64,000 nt of DNA from an uncultured virus (IMG/VR IMGVR_UViG_3300011114_000889) (IMGVR_UViG_3300011114_000889); one strand, 5' to 3'; numbered from the stretch's first letter, positions 8,903 through 18,697 are shown. Numbers and translations are program-made. The notes: generated by a model from the letters alone, not told the origin.

Positions 8903-10207
8903 TTAATTATGAGTTAACAAATCGCCGTCGTTCAATAAATCAATGTTACGAAGTTTTCTCTTGACGGACTGGCTAACTTCTTCCTCAACAGAATTGGCTG
9001 CAAATAAAATGTATTGAAGAGCTGGCGATTTTGCCCCTGAACGATGAATACGACCGAGAGCCTGTTTCAAATCAATAGCCGAGTACGTTGGGCTAATTAA
9101 CGATACGCGTGGCCTTCCGTGCAAATCGTGAAGACTCACTCCAACTCCTCCCGCGTTTATTTGACACAACAAGAGATGATGTGCGTTTGACTGAAATGCC
9201 TTAACATTATCTTCTCGCTCCTCAGAAGATTGCCCGCCGTGAATGAACAAAGGTTTTAGTTTCTTCATCCGCTCTCCGATTGCTTCCAATGTTTGTCTGA
9301 AGTTCACAAAGCAGACAACGCTTTTATCCTCTGCAAGAAATTCTTCCGCCATTTCTACAATCACAGGAACTCGTAAAAGTTCAATCTCCTGTCTCATGCG
9401 GAGGCGTTTTGTCAAAGGGCTTTCCGGATCTCTATCATCTTTGGCTTTATCTTTTAGTTCAGCTATCTCTCGCTGCACCTGCTGATACAACTCTCCGATC
9501 TTTGGGGAAATGTCAAACGTTTGAGCGTTAACCTGATTGCTTGGGAAAGCATCTCCAAGCTCACTAATCCTTATTCGAACTCCTTTGGCTGGGAATATCT
9601 TGGAATGAATATCAGTCAAAACTTTCTTGCCTCCACGAAAAATCATTCCTCCCCAAGGCGCTTTAACTACACCGTTCTTGTGAAGCCAACTAAAAAAGTT
9701 TACCCCGTTGTGTAACCCCAATAGTCTTCCCGTGAAACGCATATCCAACGGACTGCCAGCCGCGGTAGCCGACAGCATCAGGATTTTAGAAGATTTTGCA
9801 GCTTCAAGCATTGCCCCGTTTTGAGATTTATAGCTTTTACACTTATGCACCTCGTCGAATATGTACATGAAATTAGGATTGCTGTCCGTCCACTCCCATT
9901 GTTTATTTCCTAGTTTTTTAATGTGAGGAGTGTTACCAGTACGCAATTTTTCGTAGTTAAGTACGAATTTTGGTTGTAGCCCAAAAGTGCTACACCATTC
10001 TTTCCAAGCCGGAAGAACTATTTTAGGAGCTACAATTGCAAACGGGATATCAAGTTCTTTGACTACCGAACAAGCCGTTACTGTTTTTCCAGTCCCAGTA
10101 TCAGAGCAATCCAGCGCGATCGAGTGGTTCTGAATTGCCTGAAGTATAATACTTTTTGATTTCTCCTGCCACGGGTGCAGTTGAACAGGCGTCTGCGTGT
10201 TTTTCAC
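8903..10207 (-). CDS. Superfamily 2 helicase
   Basis: Q motif LHPWQ, DTGTGKT, FDEVH, LSAT, AGGVGVSL, QALGRIHR. Confidence 0.94.
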   Translation of the reverse strand: MKNTQTPVQLHPWQEKSKSIILQAIQNHSIALDCSDTGTGKTVTACSVVKELDIPFAIVAPKIVLPAWKEWCSTFGLQPKFVLNYEKLRTGNTPHIKKLGNKQWEWTDSNPNFMYIFDEVHKCKSYKSQNGAMLEAAKSSKILMLSATAAGSPLDMRFTGRLLGLHNGVNFFSWLHKNGVVKAPWGGMIFRGGKKVLTDIHSKIFPAKGVRIRISELGDAFPSNQVNAQTFDISPKIGELYQQVQREIAELKDKAKDDRDPESPLTKRLRMRQEIELLRVPVIVEMAEEFLAEDKSVVCFVNFRQTLEAIGERMKKLKPLFIHGGQSSEEREDNVKAFQSNAHHLLLCQINAGGVGVSLHDLHGRPRVSLISPTYSAIDLKQALGRIHRSGAKSPALQYILFAANSVEEEVSQSVKRKLRNIDLLNDGDLLTHN

Positions 10208-10502
10208 GAACTAGTTCAAGCCAATCTTCCGCAGCCATCGTAACAAGCCACGGGCACTTGTTTTTTCTATGGGCCACAACTGGCACACTCTTGCCACTGT
10301 CTCGTTTGGCCTGTTCCATTGCTTTATTAATGTTGAGTGCCTCAACCCTTTTGACTTCAAAGTGAAAAGGGAGGTTGCTGACAACATCTGGCGATTCTGG
10401 GCTCCCCGAGAACTGGCGACCGCGCCTTGCCTCGAAACCTTTCGCCTTGAGGACGTCGCGCCACTCACGTTCTCCGACTTTGCCTTTTGTACAACTGTTC
10501 AT
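10101..10502 (-). CDS. Holliday junction resolvase (Hjc-type PD-(D/E)XK)
   Basis: KGKVGERE...GFEARRG...SPDV...FEVKR motif set. Confidence 0.85.
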   Translation of the reverse strand: MNSCTKGKVGEREWRDVLKAKGFEARRGRQFSGSPESPDVVSNLPFHFEVKRVEALNINKAMEQAKRDSGKSVPVVAHRKNKCPWLVTMAAEDWLELVREKHADACSTAPVAGEIKKYYTSGNSEPLDRAGLL

Positions 10503-10531
10503 TTTTTGAGTGTGTATTCATCGTGGAAAGT

Positions 10532-10574
10532 AGAGTGAACTCAAATTGACAACTGTCAAGTGATTATGCAGAGT
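10532..10574. promoter_or_regulatory. Overlapping divergent promoters sharing palindrome TTGACAACTGTCAA
   Basis: Plus strand: TTGACA(10546)-17-CAGAGT. Minus strand: TTGACA(10559)-16-CACTCT. Lies at the strand switch between replication and morphogenesis blocks. Confidence 0.65.
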
Positions 10575-12296
10575 AGTTCCTTGCCTATAGAGAAATATGG
10601 AAAGTCCTGGCCCGATGGTGCTGGCGACCTCGACATTGAACTGCTCGCCTTCAAATGGGGTTTGCGCCCGGAAGATGGAGGTTTGGGCAAGGCTCAGCAC
10701 TTTAAAAATGTGGTAGATATTTTATGGCCATACCACAAAACTAAAAACAAGAATGGATTTCATTGGCACCCTTGGGCTGACTGGATGATTGAGCGAGCTT
10801 GCGAACATAATTACCTAGCCATTTCCGGACCAAAGTCCTCAGCTAAAACTTCTACTATGGCCATGTGGGGTTTAGTTAATTGGCTATGCGCCCCGCATGA
10901 AACTCTTGTGTTGGTTACTACAACCAGCGTTCGAGAAGCTAGAAAGCGTTTGTGGGGCTCAATACGTGAACGGTATATGCAGGTTCCAGGACTTCCTGGA
11001 AAGTTAATTGACTCGATGGGTAAGATTGTACTGGACGTATCTGAGTCCGGCGAAGCTTCGGATCGATCCTCCATAACCTTGGTTCCCTCCAGTCCCGACA
11101 AGGAAAAAGAAGCGACCGCCAAACTAATTGGTTTAAAGAATAAAAGAGTGTTTCTAATTATTGACGAGGCCACCGACGTTACCAACTCTGTCTTTGAGGC
11201 TATTAATAATCTTAATGCTAACCCTCAATTTCAATGCGTCGCCCTAGGTAATTTCAATTCGCAGTACGATCCATTCGGAGTGTTCTCCACTCCAAAAGAC
11301 GGTTGGAATTCAATCACAGTAGACGCCGATGAGTGGGATACCAAGACGGGGAAATGCGTTCACTTAGACGGACTTAAAACACCCAACATCGAGCACAATG
11401 ATAAATGGCCGTTTTTGTTAACCTCCAAGCAAGTAAAGTACGCTATTGAGAATGAAGGAGAAAACTCCCTGTCGTTCTGGCGGTTCATTAGAAGTTTCCC
11501 CGCTCCTGTTGGGGCTGAAGAGGGCATTTATTCGGAAGCCGATTTCAGAAAGTACGATGTCGCCAAAGAACCGAGATGGTCAAATCCTCCCCTATTCTTG
11601 GCTGGATTCGACCCTGCGTTTACAAACGGAGGAGATAGGTCTGTACTGGCTGTTGTTAAATACGGGCAGAGCGAGGAGTCAGGTCCCGCTGTGGCCCTAC
11701 ATAAGTTTCATCACCTAAGAGAAGATGTCACCAAGCCCGAACCTAGAAACTTTCAAATTGCTAGAGAAGTTATTCGGCTGTGTAATGAATCTGGCGTTCC
11801 ACCTGAACGGTTAGCCATAGACGCTACTGGCGCAGGTGATCCGTTTTGCGACATCTTGGCCGAGCTTTGGTCTCCAAGAATTGTACGAATTAAGTTTGGA
11901 GAAAAGGCATCGACTCTACCAGTCAGCATTACTAATCCTATTCGAGGCTTAGACAAATATACTAATCGTGTTACCGAACTTTGGTTTTCGGGAGTTGAGT
12001 ATATGAGATCGGGTCAGCTTAAAGGAATACTTCCCGACCTAGCCAAAGAGATGACTGGTCGAAAGTATACCACCACTGCCGGAGGAAAAGTGACCATAGA
12101 GCCTAAAAGAGACTATAAACTGCGCCTTGGTCGATCCCCCGATTTGGCTGACGCTTTTTTCCTTGGACTTGATTTAGCTAGGCAAAGGCTTGGTATTCAA
12201 GCAGGTTCGCTTGTTGGCGGTAAAATGAGAGATTCTTGGCAGAATCAAGTAAGAAAATTAGACCGAGCGGTAGCAGATTCTTCGTTCTTGGGCTGA
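10560..12296 (+). CDS. terL: Terminase large subunit
   Basis: Walker A-like GPKSSAKT, Walker B LIIDEA, coupling motif LGN, nuclease motifs GFDPAF..GGD, AIDATG and RSPDLADA. Start may be TTG 10581. Confidence 0.92.
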   Translation: MIMQSSSLPIEKYGKSWPDGAGDLDIELLAFKWGLRPEDGGLGKAQHFKNVVDILWPYHKTKNKNGFHWHPWADWMIERACEHNYLAISGPKSSAKTSTMAMWGLVNWLCAPHETLVLVTTTSVREARKRLWGSIRERYMQVPGLPGKLIDSMGKIVLDVSESGEASDRSSITLVPSSPDKEKEATAKLIGLKNKRVFLIIDEATDVTNSVFEAINNLNANPQFQCVALGNFNSQYDPFGVFSTPKDGWNSITVDADEWDTKTGKCVHLDGLKTPNIEHNDKWPFLLTSKQVKYAIENEGENSLSFWRFIRSFPAPVGAEEGIYSEADFRKYDVAKEPRWSNPPLFLAGFDPAFTNGGDRSVLAVVKYGQSEESGPAVALHKFHHLREDVTKPEPRNFQIAREVIRLCNESGVPPERLAIDATGAGDPFCDILAELWSPRIVRIKFGEKASTLPVSITNPIRGLDKYTNRVTELWFSGVEYMRSGQLKGILPDLAKEMTGRKYTTTAGGKVTIEPKRDYKLRLGRSPDLADAFFLGLDLARQRLGIQAGSLVGGKMRDSWQNQVRKLDRAVADSSFLG

Positions 12297-12307
12297 TTCA
12301 AATCTGA

Positions 12308-12336
12308 TTGACAGGAACATACCATTCCCCCATACT
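12308..12336 (+). promoter_or_regulatory. Sigma70-type promoter for the portal gene
   Basis: TTGACA-17 nt-CATACT. Confidence 0.7.
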
Positions 12337-12346
12337 AGCCAAACTT

Positions 12347-14617
12347 GTGGAGCCCAAATATACAGTTTCCTCTCCTAACGACGATTCCTTGTTAAATTTA
12401 AATAGCAATGGTAAACCGCCAAAAACCCGCATTACCGATCAAGCAGGTTTGTATGGATTGTACCAACAGTTGTATTTGGCCGACGAGCAATCCGCTCGTG
12501 ATCGCGCCCGGATCATGGATATGTTTGACGGAGCTGCCCCTTACGATCCAGTTGTACTCCGCAGACTAGGTCAAAGCTATCGCGCTAATTTAAACTTTGG
12601 TGAAGCTGGCGCGGATCTTGAAAAGGCCCTTACTTCATATAATGATCTTGTAACTTCCGTAGACCGCTTGGTAAACGTTAGGACTAAGTTTGGCGATGAA
12701 AGTCAAAGAGAAGAATACGGCGCGATTATTGCTGAAGAGTTTAACCGTCTTATCACAAAAGACTGGGGTAGTTTTTATTTTAAACAACAACTGCTTTCTT
12801 ATTATTTCGTTTCGCAAGGTTTAGGAGTTGCTTTCTTTGAAGACGATCGAAACTGGAAGTGGAATGTTTGCCCTATCGGCGACTTTTTTATTCCCCGCGG
12901 AACTTCCGCCACAGAAGGGAAAGTTGACATCGCTTGCGTTCGTAGGATTTATTTAACCCACGAATTGTACGAGTACATTAAGGATCCTAAAATTGCTGCC
13001 CAGGCCGGATGGAATGTTGAAGCAACCAGACAAGCTATTATTGACGCCACCACGACTTTCCCCACTGACGGTTTAAACTGGGAAGAACTTCAGAGGCAGA
13101 TGAAGAACAATGATCTTTATTTTGCCCATGTTCGCGCAAAAGAAATTCACGTTGTACATTACTATGTTCGCGAGTTTGACGGATCTTATTCTCACGCGAT
13201 TGGCCGAAGAGACGGAAGTGGTGATTTTTTATTTAAGAAGATTAACCAATTTAAAGCCGCCGAAGAAGCTTTTCATATTTTTACATACGGCATTGGTAAC
13301 GGTACGTATCACTCTATCCGCGGGTTAGGGTATAAGATTTTCCCACATATTCAGATGACCAATCGTTTGCGTTGCGCCATGGCAGATGGCGCCATGTTAC
13401 AGACTTCCGTTCTTCTTCAGCCTCAGAGTGGAGAAGATGTTTCCAGAATGTCGATGGCGTATTCTGGACCGCTATCTTTCTTGCCTCCAGGACTTAATGT
13501 TGTTCAAACTCAGTACCCGAATCTTGCAGCAAACGTTCAACCTTTGATTAATGAGATGGCGATGGTTCGCCAAAGTAATACTGGATCTTACAGGACTCAA
13601 ATGAATGGTCCTTCCGGCAATCCAAGGACTGCTACAGAAGTTGAAGCCCAGGTAGCGAATGAAAGTATTCTTACAACAAACTCGATGAATTTGTTTTACG
13701 TCCCTTGGGGCAGATTGCTTCGGGAACAGTTTAGGAGACTGCAACGGGATACTTGGGTTCCAGAAGAAGACGGAGCAAAAGAAGCTATGCTGTTCCGTAC
13801 TCGTTTGGAAGAAAGAGGTGTTCCGTGGCAAGCAGTCAAAGCCGTCTATAGCGTAGAGCCAGTTAAGTCCGTCGGGTTGGGTTCTCCAGCAGCTCGTATT
13901 ACGGCTTTCAATGAATTCATGGGAATGCTCCCCCGGTTTGACGAAGTTGGTCAGGTCAATGCTATTCGTGATAGGATTGCCGCTCGAGTTGGCTACGATC
14001 AAGTTGACCGCTATCTACCTAACCCTAACGTTAAGAACCGTATTCCTGCCGACGCTAAGATTGCCCAGCTAGAAAACGCTGCGATGCAGGAAGGCAAACA
14101 GATGACCGTTCTACCTAGCGAAAATCATTCCGTTCATTTATCGGTGCATCTTGGCGAAAGTAGTCCTATTGTTGAAGCGGTCCAGAACAAACAGGTGGAA
14201 GATAAACAGCAGACCTTGGCTTATCTCTCCCTAATGTTCCAGCACGTTAATGATCATTTTATCAGGATTGCTCAAGACCAGACAAAACAAGCAGAACTCG
14301 GTCAGATTAAAATGGCAATGAATTTAATGCGAGAAGCTGTTGTTAATTTGCAACGTGATGTTGAGGAAGATATCCGAAAGGCTAACGAAGAACAACAGCA
14401 AGCAGCTCTAGAACAGGGCCAAGTTCAACCTATAAGCCCTCAGATGCAAATGAAAATGCAGGAACATCAGCTTGACATGCAGTTGAAACAAGAGAAAGCC
14501 ATGCTGGACGCCAAGTTTCAAGAAGCTGAAATGAAACAAAAATTAGCTTTACAAGATGCTCAGGCCGCGGCTAGTTTAAGTGCTGCGTTGAAAACTAACA
14601 CCGCACCAAAAGCATGA
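12347..14617 (+). CDS. Portal protein
   Basis: About 756 aa directly after terL. RTATEV motif typical of podovirus portals. Gln-rich helical C-terminal barrel. Probable start is GTG 12347 because the ORF-track TTG is the -35 box. Confidence 0.82.
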   Translation: MEPKYTVSSPNDDSLLNLNSNGKPPKTRITDQAGLYGLYQQLYLADEQSARDRARIMDMFDGAAPYDPVVLRRLGQSYRANLNFGEAGADLEKALTSYNDLVTSVDRLVNVRTKFGDESQREEYGAIIAEEFNRLITKDWGSFYFKQQLLSYYFVSQGLGVAFFEDDRNWKWNVCPIGDFFIPRGTSATEGKVDIACVRRIYLTHELYEYIKDPKIAAQAGWNVEATRQAIIDATTTFPTDGLNWEELQRQMKNNDLYFAHVRAKEIHVVHYYVREFDGSYSHAIGRRDGSGDFLFKKINQFKAAEEAFHIFTYGIGNGTYHSIRGLGYKIFPHIQMTNRLRCAMADGAMLQTSVLLQPQSGEDVSRMSMAYSGPLSFLPPGLNVVQTQYPNLAANVQPLINEMAMVRQSNTGSYRTQMNGPSGNPRTATEVEAQVANESILTTNSMNLFYVPWGRLLREQFRRLQRDTWVPEEDGAKEAMLFRTRLEERGVPWQAVKAVYSVEPVKSVGLGSPAARITAFNEFMGMLPRFDEVGQVNAIRDRIAARVGYDQVDRYLPNPNVKNRIPADAKIAQLENAAMQEGKQMTVLPSENHSVHLSVHLGESSPIVEAVQNKQVEDKQQTLAYLSLMFQHVNDHFIRIAQDQTKQAELGQIKMAMNLMREAVVNLQRDVEEDIRKANEEQQQAALEQGQVQPISPQMQMKMQEHQLDMQLKQEKAMLDAKFQEAEMKQKLALQDAQAAASLSAALKTNTAPKA

Positions 14618-14904
14618 CATTAAACGACTGGAACAAACGAGACGATTTTAAAATTGCTTGGAAAACTTTTCGTCGCTCTGAAGCTGGCGAAGCGTTAGCA
14701 GAAGTTCTAACAAATCTTGGGACTCCAATCCCAACTATGCCTCCCGTCGGAGTAGATTTTATTGATTGGAATGCCACTTTAAATGCGCGCAGAGAAGGCT
14801 ATTTTGAAGTTATCCGAGTATTAAATTCTTTGTCGGAAGATTTTGTCCAGAAGGACGAATTACCAGAACCCTGGGAAACTAAAATAGAAACCACAAACCA
14901 ATAA
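14614..14904 (+). CDS. Hypothetical head-module protein
   Basis: Small ORF coupled to the portal gene, lying between portal and scaffold. Confidence 0.7.
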   Translation: MTLNDWNKRDDFKIAWKTFRRSEAGEALAEVLTNLGTPIPTMPPVGVDFIDWNATLNARREGYFEVIRVLNSLSEDFVQKDELPEPWETKIETTNQ

Positions 14905-14916
14905 GGAAAACAAACC

Positions 14917-16146
14917 ATGAGTGAAACAGCCACCGCAACACCGGAAGCACCAGCATCAACCCCCGCGCCGTCAGGAGATAATTTTGTATCTTTTGCCGAT
15001 GCTTTGGATAAAGGATTTGAGTCCATCGATAAACCAGTAGCCGCGGAAATTGCACCTGTTGCTGCCGTCGCTCCCGAACCGTCAAAAAGTAAGGAAGTTG
15101 TTACGCTTCAAAAGTCGGATGCTTCAAGCACAACTAATCCCTTGGACGTACTGACAAAACGGTTGACCGGTAAGGAGGAAGTTGTTTCTCAGTCTAAAAC
15201 TGACGCAGCCGATGATTTGGATATTAAAACTCCCGACAATCTAAAACCTGAAGCTCAGACTGCTTGGGCACGTCTCACAAAAGACCTTCGAGATGCCCGA
15301 ACAAAACTCAAAGAGTTGGAAACAAAAATGACCGACTCTTCGAATACGTCTGTTGAGCAGGCAAATTTGCAGAGTCAATTAGATTCTCTTAAGGCCGAAA
15401 GGGATGAGTACGAAAACGAGTTGAAGTTTTCTAGACTTGAGTCTACCCGAGAATATAAACAAGCCGTCACTGAACCGTTAACAAATTTGCAGAAAGAAGT
15501 TGCTGAGATTGCTGCTCTTTACGAGAACGTCGATCCTCGCAATCTTTATGTAGCAATGGCGGAAACTGACCCGGCCAAGCGAAGAGCCATGCTTAAAGAA
15601 GCCACTAGCAACTTTGACCCAGTCGATTCGCTTGCTGTCCGAACCAAAGCCGAAGACCTCCACAAAGTGTTTGCCCGGAGAGACATTTTAACAAAGGACG
15701 TTAATACTGTCCTTCAGTTGATTGAATCCGAAGAAAGGCAGCAACATGAAGCTTTTCAAAAGAGAACACAAGCCGAAATCCAAACCGCTTACCAGACTGA
15801 ATGGGAAAACATGCAAAAAGAAAACGCTCTTTTACGCCCTATTGAGGGAAATGAGCAGTGGAACAACACCATCCAAAGCATTCAGAAGCAGGCTATGGAT
15901 ATTGAGAATACGGAACTTGACCCCCGCTCAAAGGCCAAATTAACCTTTAGCGCGGCCGCTATGCCAGTTGTTATGAATGTATTCCAAGACTATGTTAGCA
16001 AGTCCCAAGCAAGAATTACAGAGCTTGAAAACCTTGCCAAAGAGCTTAGAGCTGTTAGCCCATCATCTGGAAACGCTAAAGGCTCGGCTGTTGAGATGCC
16101 AGCCGACCTTAACTTCTTAGATGCTTTGGAACGTGGCTTAAAATAA
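14917..16146 (+). CDS. Capsid scaffolding protein
   Basis: Acidic, Ala/Pro-rich N-terminus and long coiled coil, immediately before the major capsid gene. Confidence 0.72.
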   Translation: MSETATATPEAPASTPAPSGDNFVSFADALDKGFESIDKPVAAEIAPVAAVAPEPSKSKEVVTLQKSDASSTTNPLDVLTKRLTGKEEVVSQSKTDAADDLDIKTPDNLKPEAQTAWARLTKDLRDARTKLKELETKMTDSSNTSVEQANLQSQLDSLKAERDEYENELKFSRLESTREYKQAVTEPLTNLQKEVAEIAALYENVDPRNLYVAMAETDPAKRRAMLKEATSNFDPVDSLAVRTKAEDLHKVFARRDILTKDVNTVLQLIESEERQQHEAFQKRTQAEIQTAYQTEWENMQKENALLRPIEGNEQWNNTIQSIQKQAMDIENTELDPRSKAKLTFSAAAMPVVMNVFQDYVSKSQARITELENLAKELRAVSPSSGNAKGSAVEMPADLNFLDALERGLK

Positions 16147-16160
16147 ATTTGCATAAAGTA

Positions 16161-16188
16161 TTGACACGTTCTATCCGGTTGATACTTT
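16161..16188 (+). promoter_or_regulatory. Promoter for the major capsid gene
   Basis: TTGACA-16 nt-TACTTT with extended -10 TGn and an AT-rich upstream element. Confidence 0.65.
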
Positions 16189-16194
16189 TAACTA

Positions 16195-16390
16195 GTTCGG
16201 TGCAGGTATAAAGATTGAGACCCTTGCCGAACAAGACCTATAAAAATTGAAACGGTCTAGCAGAATTCGGGCATTAAAAGCTCTGGGATGCCGCCAGGGA
16301 AAAGTTTTGACAGTGGCGACGATGGATAGTTCCGATAGGAACTGGCATTGTTGTTACAAATCATAACCGACCCTTAGCGCGAGCTGGGGG
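16195..16390 (+). ncRNA. Structured 5' leader or ncRNA upstream of the major capsid gene
   Basis: Six to seven consecutive hairpins. The first two carry near-identical segments TATAAAGATTGAGAC / TATAAAAATTGAAAC. The last is capped by a GCGA (GNRA) tetraloop. Confidence 0.55.
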
Positions 16391-16416
16391 AAGGATGAAA
16401 GGAAATTGATACTAAT

Positions 16417-17832
16417 ATGGCTACTACGTACTCTATCGAGCAGCTTCTTGTTAAAGAAGCAGGTCGTATCGGACCGGAAATTTATCGCCGGACGATTGAC
16501 ACTTCCGCTTGGCTCAAGCTCACCAAGCAAGAAACCTTCCCCGAGGAGATGGGCGATGTGATCAGCTCGGTTACTTTCGAGCGTTTCTACCCCTCTCGTG
16601 CAATTGCAGCCTCGACTGCTGGCGGTTATACCTCCGGCGATATCACGGCTGACGCTGGTTATAACTGGCGGACCCTGGGTTCGAACCCTATTGATCAGAC
16701 CTATACTGGATTTAATCCGTATACTCAGACGATCTCTGGCGGAACGACTCCTCCGGTGTCTTCTAGCTCACCTTCGTCCACTGCTGGTAACGCTCTGCCT
16801 CAGCCTTTGACCAACGCTTCGTTCGGTCAGAAGCTCCGTCAGTACCGTTTGCAATGGGCATCAGTTGACTCCCCTGACATCGCTCTCGAAGACTTGCGCT
16901 TCGCAGTGAAACGTCGGGAACAGCTGTCCAACATCATGGACGTCCTCACTGAGTCGACCTCCTTGGTTTGGCAGGATCGTTATCGCCAGTTGTACACCGA
17001 ACAGGTTGCAGCTGAAGGTAACCTCGTCCTCCCCAGCGCCTCCACCATCGGAATTCTTCCTATCAACTCGACTGGAACGAACTCCTTCAGCATCAGCGCC
17101 ACCGATTTGGTTGGTGTTTACAATGCCGTTACCACTGGTACCGGAACTTGTAATTCGGGCGCATTTGCTGCCAATGCTCTCCCACAGAGTCAGTTGACTC
17201 AGGGCATTCTGAAGCGGCTCTACATGAAACTTATCCGCGACGGCGCGGGAACTAACGCCATGGGCCGTGAAAACGGCGCTCCGGTGTTCATGTTGATCTG
17301 CGGTGCTGAAACCAGCGAAAACCTGATCCGGTTGAATGCTGACATTCGCCAGGACTTCCGGTATGCGAAGCCGAATGAATTGCTCACTCCTCTCGGTATT
17401 GAGCGTTCCTACGGTGGTTTCTACCATTCAATCGATCCGTATCCTCCCCGGTTCGCCGTGTTCGATACGACTAACGACGCACTTATCCGAGTGTTCCCCT
17501 TCCGCAGGGAGACCACGACCAAGGGTACGGCGTACAACATCAACCCTGCTTACGAGACGGCTACCTACGAAGTTAGCTACATCTTCCACCAAGATGTTAT
17601 GCGCTCTGTGGTTCCTAACGCGATCTCGGTTGACAGCAAAATGGGATTCAACGCTCAGAACTACCGTGGTGAGTTCAAATGGGTTAACATCCTTGACCGC
17701 GCATTTAATCCGGACGGCAATGTCGGATATTTCCGCGGAGTGCTGGCCAGTGGTGCTCGGCCCGTGTTCCCGCAGTACGGCTATGTCGTTCTGCACACAC
17801 GGCCTGCCATCAGCCTTGACTACGTTAGCTAA
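16417..17832 (+). CDS. Major capsid protein
   Basis: 471 aa following portal and scaffold. Biased codon usage typical of high expression. Own promoter, AAAGGA RBS and a downstream terminator-like hairpin. Confidence 0.82.
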   Translation: MATTYSIEQLLVKEAGRIGPEIYRRTIDTSAWLKLTKQETFPEEMGDVISSVTFERFYPSRAIAASTAGGYTSGDITADAGYNWRTLGSNPIDQTYTGFNPYTQTISGGTTPPVSSSSPSSTAGNALPQPLTNASFGQKLRQYRLQWASVDSPDIALEDLRFAVKRREQLSNIMDVLTESTSLVWQDRYRQLYTEQVAAEGNLVLPSASTIGILPINSTGTNSFSISATDLVGVYNAVTTGTGTCNSGAFAANALPQSQLTQGILKRLYMKLIRDGAGTNAMGRENGAPVFMLICGAETSENLIRLNADIRQDFRYAKPNELLTPLGIERSYGGFYHSIDPYPPRFAVFDTTNDALIRVFPFRRETTTKGTAYNINPAYETATYEVSYIFHQDVMRSVVPNAISVDSKMGFNAQNYRGEFKWVNILDRAFNPDGNVGYFRGVLASGARPVFPQYGYVVLHTRPAISLDYVS

Positions 17833-17852
17833 TTGAAGAAAGGAGACTCTAA

Positions 17853-18152
17853 ATGAGCTTCCCTCTTCAAACGCGTACTCAGGATAACGTCCTGGCCGCC
17901 CAGATTCGTGGCGCCGTGAATAACGGCCCCGAATGGGGCACATCAGGCAGCACCCTAGCAACGATTGGTTCCTCTACTGGAGGAGCGTCTGGCGACACAG
18001 TCTCGACTATCAGTCCGATTGTTCTCACCAACGCCGGTACACCTAGCGTCACGTCAACAGTCACTAACAGTGCTTATTCTGCTAATGACATTGCGACGAT
18101 TGTCGGCAAGTTGAATACCGTCATCGCGTTGCTTCGGAATCTGAATGCTTAA
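17853..18152 (+). CDS. Putative head decoration/fibre protein
   Basis: Strong AAGGAG RBS. Ser/Thr-rich with C-terminal IATIVGKLNTVIALLRNL helix typical of head-fibre proteins. Co-transcribed with the capsid gene. Confidence 0.6.
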   Translation: MSFPLQTRTQDNVLAAQIRGAVNNGPEWGTSGSTLATIGSSTGGASGDTVSTISPIVLTNAGTPSVTSTVTNSAYSANDIATIVGKLNTVIALLRNLNA

Positions 18153-18161
18153 ATAACTAAT

Positions 18162-18202
18162 TGGTCCCCCGGGGTTCTATCCCCCGGGGGATCATACTCT
18201 TT
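18162..18202 (+). terminator. Probable intrinsic terminator
   Basis: GC hairpin TCCCCCCGGGG-TTCTAT-CCCCCGGGGGA followed by a weak T-rich tail. Confidence 0.6.
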
Positions 18203-18219
18203 CAAGAAAGATCAATCTT

Positions 18220-18468
18220 ATGGATAATATCTCTTTCCCCGTACCTAAAGGCTTTACACCTCCAGAAGGTGTTGCTGAAGGCGATTCGTTCGACTTCATG
18301 GCCAGCGGCTATTTTAAAGGACCGACCATGTATCTCTCGGCAGTTGAAGGTGTAGAAGTTTCTCCCGGCAAAGAAGTCGAAGAAGAAACTGAAACCGAGA
18401 CTTCCGATGAAGAAATGGGTATGGTTCAAGCCGTTGAAAAAGGAATGTCAAAGAACGAAATGGCGTAA
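18220..18468 (+). CDS. Acidic hypothetical protein
   Basis: 82-aa ORF: PKGFTPPEG N-terminus, Glu/Thr linker, terminal helix GMVQAVEKG. Confidence 0.7.
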   Translation: MDNISFPVPKGFTPPEGVAEGDSFDFMASGYFKGPTMYLSAVEGVEVSPGKEVEEETETETSDEEMGMVQAVEKGMSKNEMA

Positions 18469-18472
18469 AGCC

Positions 18473-18697
18473 GTGGACAAGCTCATCTTGGCGGTTGTCA
18501 AACAAGCCTGGAATGATCTCCAGGATCTTGACACCGGCAAGAAACCCGCCAGGCCCAAAGCCTGTTATGAGCGGGAATCGTTTGAACTTTGTTTCGAGCT
18601 ATTCTTGCCTTTGCTGGGTGTTGAGAGCTATACTGCCAATAAGATGAAATCACGGTTATACCCGACCTTAGATAGGATATTTAGTCATGGAAAATGA
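18473..18697 (+). CDS. Hypothetical protein
   Basis: Part of ORF 18407..18697 with probable GTG start at 18473. LILAVVKQAWNDL helix. Confidence 0.5.
   Translation: MDKLILAVVKQAWNDLQDLDTGKKPARPKACYERESFELCFELFLPLLGVESYTANKMKSRLYPTLDRIFSHGK

Noticed and set aside
16861..17961. Two long minus-strand ORFs (188 and 177 aa)
   Set aside because: Antisense to the codon-biased capsid gene, where long shadow ORFs are expected.
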